DNA of 64,000 bases. It comes from Camelus ferus (Eukaryota). The stretch lies in NCBI RefSeq assembly GCF_009834535.1, contig NC_045697.1, positions 71,674,001 through 71,738,000 on the forward strand, read 5' to 3'. The translations under genes and the position numbers were made by a program. The notes under the pieces are model-generated. The model was not told the origin of the DNA. It worked only from the letters and a program-made list of their open reading frames with translations, and did no database searches. This document shows, one piece after another, positions 14,014 to 24,440 of the stretch (positions are counted from its first letter, which is position 1; every line of letters starts with the position of its first letter).

Positions 14014-14289
14014 GGTCCCTGTTTCAGAATACTTTTTCTTCCACAAAACAAGTGTTTGGAGGTAATTGTCAATGTTTAGTGACATAGGAGCTAAGTTTAT
14101 AACCAGTATGCTCTACTCAGGGACACTTGTCTAATTTAATTTGGTGTTATGTAACTGTATTGCCAGCAGCTACCCCATCAGCACCCCAACCTGTGCTGCT
14201 CCAGTGACAGTAATCCGTCGCCTCCTGTAATGAATGCACTGTCTCTTTTGCCTTGTAATCGTGTAGCCATCTTAAATCCAGCACTTTCC

Positions 14290-14520
14290 TTCAGAGCCTA
14301 TACAGTCAGTCATCAAGTCCAGTTACCTTTTCTTTTGAAATACTTGACATCTGTCTTTTCTTGTCCATTTTCCCTACCACCACTCTAATTCAGACCATGA
14401 ATTATCTCTCCTTCCTCCTGAAAAAGCCTCCTAGCAGGTTCTCTAACATGTTTCACCATTCTCTCCAGCCTTCCTACACTTAGGTTCTTCCCTAATCATT
14501 CTCATATTCCATATATATTC
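14290..14520 (+). mobile_element. L2 fragment
   Basis: cagtcagtcatcaagtcc...ccctaccaccactctaattcagaccatg...aaagcctcctagcagg. Confidence 0.55.
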
Positions 14521-16342
14521 TGTCCATATACTACATATGATGGTGCTCCCAAAGGCTTCTTAAGCTCTACCCAAAAAAAAATTTTTTATTGCCCAAGAAA
14601 AAACTTCCAAGATTTTTTCCTGCCTTAGTTCACTTTTATTGTCAAGATGATTTAATATCTTTTAAAGAATAAATGAGGTTCAAGACTATAAGAAGTCTTT
14701 AAAAATGCTAAATACTCCTTACTAATGCAATGAAGCACCTTTGCCAGATGCTTTGTTGATTTACTGCTTGGTCGTACACAGTCCTTGGATTTCCATGTGA
14801 GACCCATTCAAATGCCAGTGGGTAGCTTTCTACCTGTAAGGCATGGCCTCCTGGCGGAGCAGCCGGACCTCAGATCTCAACCCAGCTCATCCGGTTCCCA
14901 CACTCTTGTTGTTCAGGTCTCCTGAATCTTCCTAGGCTCTTTCCTGGCTTCTTTCTAGATTCTTGTTTCCTTTGTTGTTAAGAATCAGAAGAGACAAAAT
15001 AGGTGATTTTCAAAGGTATTTTTAAATGAACACAGAGGAAGAGAATACACATGGATATACAAAAAGTTTCTAGAGGTTTCTTATTTTAACCAGAGGTTAG
15101 CCACGGATTGGCTGAACATGGAGCTTAAATATGGTTAAAAGAGTGGAACAGCCCCACTCTTTTTATTACCTCATCACTGTCTGGTTTCAGTAGTGGAAAG
15201 TGGACTGTAAACAGACCTGTTCAAATGCTGTGAGATTGAATTTGAATTGATACCAATTCCAAGAACTACTGATAAGAACTACACATGCCTCTTTGCTTCC
15301 TAACATTATCTCCAGACGTGGACTCCCAGCTTCCGGGCTGCTCACTGTGCCCTCATTACCTACCTCTGTCTTGTTCTGTGTGTTGCCTCATTTCTCCCTG
15401 GCCAGTCCTGAGCCAAAGCCATGGATAATAAAGTGTTTCACACTGTGTCCCCAAATACTCCTTTTCTAAGGCCAGACTGTCTTAATGCCAACCTGTCACA
15501 TGTTCTGCTGCTCTCCTATTACTCATTCTTGACACCAGGTACCTAAAATCCCTGCCTCTCAACTTCATTCATCGGTTATTACATTTCCTTCTTTCTGTTT
15601 TCCTATTTCTCCTCTTATTACTGCTGCTGCTAATATTATGGTAGAGTCTATCCGGGTATTCAGTGAACAATGAACTGTTCCTGGATTCAAGGTTACATGC
15701 TCCATTCATTTCTCATGCTTCTTATCAATTCATCATTCAGATGTTTTGCACGCCAGAACATCCATCTCCCAGAACTCTATTTTTATAGTTTTACAATACT
15801 CCAAAATATTAGACATAGTTAAAACAAACTGTAGAATCTGCACCAAAATTAAAAAGATGTACAGTGACTAAAACGAATTTATGTTACCTGTGAAGAACAG
15901 AGAAAGGACTGACTTTAACCCTAGGTTTTTCCTGTTGTTTTGTCCTAAGCCTGACAAGTGGGAGAATAAACAAGTCAGGATAAAGGCCCTAGCACTGCTG
16001 TCTCTGCCTCCAGGGCGGTTGCCAGCATGGGCTCTAACCATGCCCAGTGTGGATTTAACTGATCCTGATAGACCCTAGACACAAAAACAGCCAGGGAGAG
16101 TGCCTGAGAAATCATGGACTTGGAAGTTCACAGCTGCTTCTTTCAGCCCCAGGCCTTTTCCAGCCTCACCCCGAGGAGCAGTCCACAGGACTGCACTCAG
16201 GGCTTCTGTAACTGTGTGGAAGAAAGAAGGATGGCACCAGACTCTGGAAAATGCCTGGTCATGTTGCAGTAGGAAACCAGTTCTGATCTCCCTCTCCAAA
16301 AGGGAAAAAGAGCCTCTCAATTGCTTTAAAATGCAGCTGAAT

Positions 16343-16889
16343 CTCATTTTTTTTTTTTTTTTTTTTTTTTTTGCTAATCAGTCAATGCATAGCCTTGTTT
16401 TATGTGTGTTTCTATTTAAAGACACATTGTTTAACATACATTTTAAATTCATTAACATTAAACTCATCACCAATAACATGATTCATTCCTGAATGAAGCT
16501 TATCTAACACATGTCTTTTCTCCATGAAGTGTGTCACAGCCCTATTGTGCTTGTGAACAGCAGACAGCACTTCAGCACTATGCCAGGGGACCACTTTATA
16601 ACAACTGAATCACCAACAAAAACAGAAAAATGTAAAAACTGCAGCACTACATAGACCATTGAAAGGACATTTGTTTACAGTATGAGAGCTGAAATAAGAA
16701 ACCCAAGTGTCATCTTGCTTGACCTCAGCTGGGAATGTGCACTTCGTGTGGCTCACATTTTTCAGTGCTCTGCACATTTCCACAAATGACTGCAAAATTC
16801 CACAGGTTTTGATGTTCAGGGTACAAATAAGCTTTTATAAGTAAGCAAATTTATGAATAATTGAATTTCTGAATAATGAAGGTCAACTG
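16343..16889 (-). mobile_element. MER82-like TcMar-Tigger DNA transposon, one end missing
   Basis: Terminus gaataatgaaggtcaactg followed by TA (16890-16891). Internal gacctcagctgggaatgtgc and gtttacagtatgagagctgaaataagaa. ORF 16412-16594(-) EKRHVLDKLHSGMNHVIGDEFNVNE is a decayed Tigger/CENP-B-type N-terminal HTH. Confidence 0.85.
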
Positions 16890-16939
16890 TATTTGTATGG
16901 AAGAATATATTGGACTTAGGTATAATATCTGATTGAACA

Positions 16940-17085
16940 AATATTATTGTCCTCGTTTAATGGTTGAGAAAATTGAGAGGCAGAAAGTTCAAGTAGCTTG
17001 TCCAAATTACATTAGTAAATGTTAGAATTAGGATTTGGTGCATACAATCTGATTCCAAAGCACTAATATTTAAGCACTTATGACA
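16940..17085 (-). mobile_element. MIR SINE
   Basis: ttattgtcctcgtttaatggttgagaaaattgagaggcagaaagttcaagtagcttgtccaa. Confidence 0.65.
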
Positions 17086-17859
17086 CAATGTTACCTCTCA
17101 AAATAAATAAGTATTAAGTTTTAGAATTTTAGGGTTTAAAATAATGAAAGTTGTTATCTTGAACTTTATTTATTAAGATGAAATCAAGATTCACTTGAAT
17201 ATAATGCTGATTAGGAATTCAACCATTTTAACTAAAACATTTGGGAAAAAAAGAGTTATCTTATGTGAAGTTTCTTGAGCAATTAAAAAAGAACATACAA
17301 AATGAGTACGGCCTTTTCTTTTAGTATTAGGAGAATATTTTAGAAACAAGAATGTAATTGCAACCATTAGTGAGGTGAATACAAAATGAAAGTTAACACT
17401 AAAGTATCTCTCTAAGATGTACTTCCCACTCTTACACTTTTTGTGGTATGAGAGATAACAAACTGCACAAAAGGGCTTTAATGCCCCATTGTTTCCCTTA
17501 TGCATTTTATTTAATTATCAAGATTTTAGAAATTTGATAATCTTGGCAGTATTTTTAGTTCCTTGAAATTCTAACTAGGATTATATGTCCCCTATTTCAG
17601 CAAGATGGGAAGAGTGACACCTTACATGTAGCATGTGTGCTCCTCCCGTCACAGAGCAGTCAGATGCATAAACCCAGCAATGCTCTGTTTTACAGATCCA
17701 CAGAAATACCAACATTTCATCAGACTCCAGATCCTGTGATGAAAGGAATGAAAATCATTATCTTTCTTCAACCTTCACAAATATCATCCTTACTCCTTTA
17801 GTTGATATCTGATTAGCATCCAGGGACAATTATCCTAAAGCCATCTGTGGCATGGCCTC

Positions 17860-18012
17860 GAGCCCAGAAGAATATCATAAGTCCTACAATTCTGACCCCA
17901 GCCTTACAATTTTATAAATGAAGAAACTGAGGTCCACAGAAATGAAGGAACTTTCCTAAGCACCACAGATTCAGTGGCTGAGCTGGGATTAGAATGCAGA
18001 TCTCCTGACTTT
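17860..18012 (-). mobile_element. MIR SINE
   Basis: ttttataaatgaagaaactgagg...gctgagctgggattagaatgcagatctcctgact. Confidence 0.75.
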
Positions 18013-18699
18013 TTATTTCTGTTTGTTGTGTGCTTCATTGTTTTGTCCTAAAGTGGCCGCTTGGTCATCACTCGTTGAGTAAATAAAGATTTACTACTCC
18101 AAACAGTGATACAAGAGAACACTGGATTGCGTGGTCATGCACTTTCAGTTTGCATACTCATCTTACTTTTAAATTATTAAGGTTATACTCGAACCCTGGG
18201 TATATTCCCATTTTATTATTCTTGTGAGCAAGGTTAATCTTTTGAAAGCTTTAGTTTGATAACTTCAATCTAATTATTGGCCATCTTTTATAGGGATTGT
18301 TTTGAACTGTTAAAAGTGGCTCAGCCCAAACAAACATGTAACTTGATATCTCTACTGTGTGCCAGCTCACCTATTCATTTTTGTTTGCAAAAACTAATAA
18401 GATTGGATTTTCACTGAAAAATTCCCCTGCCAGACATTTAATTCTCTTCTTCCGAAATTATCATTTGAAAGACATTGGCTGAAACAACTGAAAACTGAAA
18501 ATTTATTTTGTCCAGGGAAAAAGTTGAAAGCAAATTGGCCACACCTTCCTTAGTGTGAGTTGTTGCTTCTTTATTTACACCTTGATAATAGAAACAAATA
18601 CAATGAATCTTGATTAATTAGATGAAAATTACCATGAAATGAAACAGATGTATGCTGCAGATTAAGCACAATCTGAAAGTTTTTAAAAATATCTTCTTA

Positions 18700-20826
18700 A
18701 GGAATCTGTTATTTAAATCTAATAGGTAAAGGTGGCAAACTGCAAAACAAATACTGTGAGTTTAAGAAAATAATTAGAGTATAAGCTAAGACTCATAGGA
18801 CTTCTGCTTCTGATTAAGATGTATAACAACATGAGTCTATTTGTTCTCATTGTAACAATGAGAACAGGTAAGAAGATCTTCAAAATCACAGTTTCTTTTT
18901 TTAATCCAGCATAAAATGAATGACAAAAGAAACTCAAATGAACTAAGTTCCAGAAAGGGACAAGTTCTTCACAAAAGAGAAGAAGTTCATGACTGTCTTC
19001 ATCCCTTACAGAGGAAAAAGAAAAGAACTCACTATAAATGAGGAGTAAAGAGAAGCCAGCTGAGCATTTAGCAAACTTTAATGGCTGTATTTAGGCTAGT
19101 GTGGTGGACAAAAGTCCCAAGGAGCCCCAGTTACAGAGTGGGTTTGCATCACCCACCAACTCTCTTTTGTAGTCTGTCGTAAGTGCACAGAGCTAGTATA
19201 CCGATGACTAGAGGAAGGGAGGAAGGCTGAGAAAGATCCTTAAAAACCCTGAGGATCAACTGGTGACTGCTGAGGAGAGGGAATGGGACAGGGTTACTGA
19301 GACAGATCCCATCAAAGCTTCTACCAGATGGGAAGTGGCAGCAGACAGGTTCTAAATACCAAGAGGCATAGAAGTGGGAAAAATGCCTCCGAGCTATTGG
19401 GATAGTAAGGAGTCTACCTTAACTGAGTGTATTCAGAGGCCCCACAAAATCTGAGAGGGATGTTCTGATGTGAAAAATTTTGGAGACAGGACTGGAGAGA
19501 AAAAAGACCTATCCAAAAGCTGGCAGCCAGTCTGTAGAGCAACAGAGATTTCTCGAGTCTCATCAAAGCTCACATTCCAAGCTGTGCTGAAGAAAGTTAT
19601 GATCCTGCCGTCAAAATATTTGAGGCCAATGGTTAACTTATTCTAAGTAAAGCCACAAAATGACCAAGCTCAGCTCACCTGCAGATTACCATGAGTCAGC
19701 TCCCAAGGTAGTAGTCTGATTGAAGAAAGGGTGTGCCTTATTCTGGGGGTAAATATTATTTACTTCAGTCCTTTGGTACAGTCCTCAGCATGCAGTGTAA
19801 AACTACAAAAAACAAGAAGAGATAAGATGACCTATGGTCAAGAAAAGAGATAGGCTACTATATAAGTAGACACAGAAATGTTCCAGATGTTGAAATGAAC
19901 AGATAGGAACATTACAATGACTATGATAATTATGTTAATGAAATCTATTGTAAAAGTTGCATAACATGCATAAAAGTTGGACATTTTATCAAAGTAATGA
20001 AAAATATAATTAAAAAACAAAAGGAAATTCTAGAAATATGCAATATCAGAAAAATTTTAAGCATTATATAGGCTTAATTGTAGAAACAACATAAAAGAGA
20101 AAGGAATTAGTGAACCTGAAGACAGTCAAAATAAATTATTCAAACTGAAAAAGAGGAAAAATTCAGAGTCTAAGTAAAGCCTTAAAAAAGAACAAGCTTA
20201 GTTCATCTGCATATTAATTTGACTCAGTTTTCATCCAAGCTCTATAGGATAATGTTACATAATCAAACATACGTGTTACTGACTTCTCTGAGTAAAGATG
20301 AGAGAGAACGAGGCAGAAAAATATTTGAAGGAATAGTAGCTGAGAATGATCTCCCTAGGAGAATATATACAAAAATATCATACCCACACACATCACAGTT
20401 AAACTGCTGAAAAGCAAAGATAAAGAGAAAATCTTAAAAGGAGCTACGGTGGGGGTTGGGGTAGGGATATGAGTGTTGAGGAAAGCACATACCTTACAGG
20501 AAAACAATTACAAGAATCACACCGGACTTCTCATCAGAGGTAGAGGCCAGAAGACAGTGGAATGCAAGAGTCTATGCTGTGTGATTCCAGTTGTTTGAAA
20601 TCCAAGGTGAAATAAACTCATCTGTGTTGATAAAAATTTGACAGTAGTTCCCTCTGAAGTGGAGCATTGGCTAGAATGGAGCATGAGAGGATTTGCTTTG
20701 GTGACGGAAGCTTTCTTTAGCTGGTTTTGGGGGCTGGTTCCATGGGTGTATACAATTGTCAAAACTCATGAAACTCATCATCAGTGTATTTTTCAAATAT
20801 AAATTACACTCTATAATTTTTAAAAG
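18700..20826 (+). mobile_element. Old L1: probable 5'UTR plus decayed ORF1 (about 19800-20570) joined to an L1 3'UTR piece (about 20572-20826)
   Basis: ORF1 hallmarks gaattagtgaacctgaagacag, aaaatatttgaaggaatagtagctgagaat, aaagataaagagaaaatcttaaaag and gacttctcatcaga...gaggccagaagacagtggaat. 3'UTR hallmark catgggtgtatacaattgtcaaaactcat. The left boundary is uncertain. Confidence 0.72.
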
Positions 20827-21734
20827 CCAATAGAAACATAGATATCTTTAAGCAAAAACATTAGTGATTGTGTGATCTAGAGTTAAACTAAGCACTGAAG
20901 AGTGACAAGGGGCAGCATGTAACCCTCCCCTGGGTCTCAGACATTATTTGATCAGCACTCATCCGCTGCCACTGAGTGAATGTCAGGAGAGAGGATAGCC
21001 TCCCCCAGCAAAGTTTTGTTTTGTTTTTCTTAAGATAAAGAACTTCCTCACCTTATGCTGTTGCAAAAATGCTTATTCCAGATACAGAGGAACCCATTCA
21101 TATTTCAAATTCTCATCATGATTAAATCAATGTGAAAATAAAATAAGTGTGATTTTATAAAAAAGTATGATGCCTAAAAACCCTAAACTGGTTCTTAGCA
21201 TAATCATGCCTTTATTGACATGAATGCCTTTATTGCATATGTAAATATCATATGTATATTAATATAATATGTGCACATACTGAGTATATTTAATTTAATT
21301 TGATGTTCTGCAAAAATAGTGCTAGAGATCATGCTCCAGTTAACACTGAAGTAGCTAATACAGCTCCTGTAAATCATTTCAATTCTTTAAAATGTTAACT
21401 CTGTCATATTCTAATTAAAAAAATACTTAAATTAGAAATTTTCTGGTTACTGATCCATGTGCATTAGCAGGCTGAGCATTTCCTACTTAATGAAAATAAG
21501 CAAGCCAAACCACCTCATCTAAGACAATGAAAAGGGTTGCTGTAATGATCACATTGGAGCAGGTTTGAAACTAAGCATTTTTTAGAGGACCAACTATTCT
21601 GGGGTCACTCTCTCAGGATGGTAAGTACTTGGGGATAGTGAAAAGAATTAATGACCATAAGGTTGGGGCAAAGGTGAATTAGGACAAGGATGTTTTATAA
21701 ACTATTTGAGGCAGAAGAGAGAGAGGCAAGGAAA

Positions 21735-21905
21735 CTAATATTTCGTGAGTGCTTATTATGTTTCAGATATCTTGCTGGGCACTTTTGATATGCTGTCATC
21801 TAATTATCTCAATAGCCCTACAAATTTGAATGAGACAGCTGGGCTCAGATACTTAGTAGCTTGCTGAATCTTCACATAGTGGATCTATGGCAAAGCCAGC
21901 TGCCT
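21735..21905 (-). mobile_element. MIR SINE
   Basis: gagtgcttattatgtttcag...gctgggcactttt...gggctcagatacttagtagcttgctgaatcttcacatag. Confidence 0.6.
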
Positions 21906-23485
21906 CTAAGCCCACACTTCTGTAACTATCATAATCTGTATTGCCCAAAGGATAGGAAGATATGGGAATTTAGAGGAAATACATTTCACCTCAACAGAAG
22001 TAGTAATGTCTAATGATGAGTGTTGTCTAAGAAGCAGGCTTCCTTAGGAAGCAGAGACACTCTTGTCGTCAGAGCTATAAAAGCAGTACCTGGAAAACCA
22101 TCTCTTAGAGACTCTAGGAACGCAGTGCTGTTACTGGGCAGAAAATTGGAAGGGTGTTCTCAAAGCATCTTTCATGTCTGTGACTCCACAAAGCATTCCA
22201 GTAGATTAGTGGATTTTCATCTGTGTTAGAAATGAAATAAAGGAATGGTAAATAAAGAGCCAACCTTCAAACCTGTAATCCCCTATAGTATCAGCAGTAT
22301 GATCTTAAACCAGCAGAGCTACTTTCTTTTATTTGCCAGAAAACATGCTTCCAAGTGTCAAAGACTGGTAAGAAATGAACCCTGAAAAACCATGTCCACT
22401 TGTCACAGTCCTTTTTATTCTTCCTGGTGCACAAAAAGTACAGAGAGTCTTAATGAAGTTTGTTGTAATTGTTTCTAATATTATATTACCTTAAACTTGG
22501 GGAATTTACTGACAGGGAGGTTGGTGAGGTTAAAAGGTGAATGTATTCCTATAATGATTAAACATTTATTTAATGAAAGTAATATTTTAAGCTGCATTAA
22601 CAGTGATTTAAAAGTACACCAGAATGGCAATGTGTAGGAACAATGCATAAAGCATTGATTTGCAGGTGATGATGTTTTTCGTGCATTGTATGTTACTGAT
22701 GTGGTAAAGAGAAAGATGACCAAGGGCATATAAAAACTCTGACATTTTCATGCAAATATTTTTATTAGCTTTGGTTGGATTTAATTATAGCAGAAAATTA
22801 TTTTATAATGCATTTAAATGAAGATAAATAGAAAATTATTTCTTATTCCCTTTTAAAGAAAATACATTATTCTTATTTTGAAAATTGGTACCTACCTTGA
22901 AAAATTTCAGCTTTTACAAGCTCATCTTCATAAAATATTTGATAATTTTCAACTCATTTTACACCATATAAGAAGGGACCAGTGCATTTATCATTGAAAT
23001 ACAACCACATATTTACCTCTATCCATTTAGTTCCACATTTTGAAGGATAAAATTTCCTTACTATAAGTTTTTAATATGTCCTAAAGATTTTTGTTTAATT
23101 TCTGTTAAAAAATACAAACCAACAAAATAAATAATTTATTCAGCCCTGAAACATCCAAGTGAATTGAAAACTCAAGGGTTAATTCCCCTCTTTTTTCCTT
23201 TTTTGAAAAAAAAAAAATTTGGTCTACAAAATAGCGAAGAGGTAAATGAGGCCAGATTCACAATTTTCCAAAATATTATGAGGTGGTTGTTTTCATTGCT
23301 TTAGAATTTTGCTAGAAGAGAGTTGACTGTTGTTTTGATGGCTTTGTTTCTGTTGCTAAAGTTCTTCACATTCCTTGCTTCTGATAGTGCCATAGCTATT
23401 AAAGTAAGCTGGTGTGTAATTTCTGTAACACAAAATTTTCCAGCTAGGTGTGAAAGTGTAGAGTAATAACAAACCGTCAGTCATC

Positions 23486-23488
<3 letters not shown>

Positions 23489-23524
<36 letters not shown>
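23489..23524. repeat. (GT)18 microsatellite
   Basis: Perfect dinucleotide run read directly. Confidence 0.97.
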
Positions 23525-23527
<3 letters not shown>

Positions 23528-24243
23528 ATCATTGAGATAGTAGTTTACAGTCATCATTTTATAGTTATGCATAATTAATAATGTCTTCTAATTGATAGTT
23601 AATAGGTAAATATGCAATTCCAACTCCAATAGAATGTTGATATGAAATCTGTAAAATCCTGATGGAAATTTTCATATTAAAAGTGCCCACCTATATTTTC
23701 TGTTGCAGTTTTTTTTTTTTTTTTGAAAGAAAAATTTCACATAGAAATCTAACATAACCCCTCCAGAAATCTCATGTCATTTCAACTTCAAAAGGAAGCA
23801 TGGCGGTAGAAAACACAAAAAGGTGTCATAGATGAACTTAATTGTTATTTAGTGTTTGGCTAATGTTGAAGTACATTGAAAAGGAGTTATTACAATGTAA
23901 TGTTTTTGTTTTGCTTCCTTTTACATTTAGGAGGTTGATGTGCCTTTCTAAATTAAATTTACCCCGCAAGGAAGAGGGAGGCATGAATGCTAGTGAGAGT
24001 ATTAGTTTATTATATATATTTATGTATATATATATAAAAACTAATATTTGCTGAAAGATGAGAAATAGAAAGGGGGTGAGTCGAGTCTACTTTGCTAAAA
24101 CCATTGACGGTTTCATATATGCAGAATCACACTAAAAGTCCTGCTCTCCTTTCTGGGAATTACTTTTAGGAGTAGGTTGTGTTTGACTTTTTCTTATGGG
24201 GTTCCAGATATGATAAAAAATTATTCTATTCCTGTGCTTACAG

Positions 24244-24440
24244 ATACATACTTCGAAGAACTTCCAACTCTTCTCCATTGTGCAGCAAAATTTGGCTTAA
24301 CGAACTTGGCTAATCATTTACTTCAATGTTCAGGAGCAACCTGGGCATCTAAGATAAAAAATGTGGAGGGTTCAGATCCAGCACGTATTGCTGAAAGGCA
24401 TGGGCACAAAGAACTCAAGAAAATCTTTGAAGACTTTTCA
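24244..24440 (+). CDS. BANK1: BANK1 internal coding exon (equivalent to human exon 7; ankyrin repeats)
   Basis: Acceptor ttcctgtgcttacAG and donor GTAAGT at 24441. Joined to the upstream exon (C|AT = His) it reads HTYFEELPTLLHCAAKFGLTNLANHLLQCSGATWASKIKNVEGSDPARIAERHGHKELKKIFEDFS, with ankyrin motifs TLLHCAA and DPARIA. Splice phases of the two exons are compatible. Confidence 0.97.

Larger units (their letters stand above)
3039..24243 (+). other. BANK1: BANK1 intron (GT-AG, phase 1, 21.2 kb)
   Basis: Bounded by GTGAGT and TTACAG. Splicing gives a continuous BANK1 reading frame. Confidence 0.92.

Noticed and set aside
15880..16345. GC-elevated segment with ORFs before the T26 run, considered as a processed pseudogene
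   Set aside because: The T run is on the wrong side for an antisense retrocopy of this segment, there is no TSD, and no protein was recognised.
16412..16594. Functional Tigger-derived (TIGD-like) gene
   Set aside because: Only a decayed HTH fragment of a non-autonomous element; no DDE domain.
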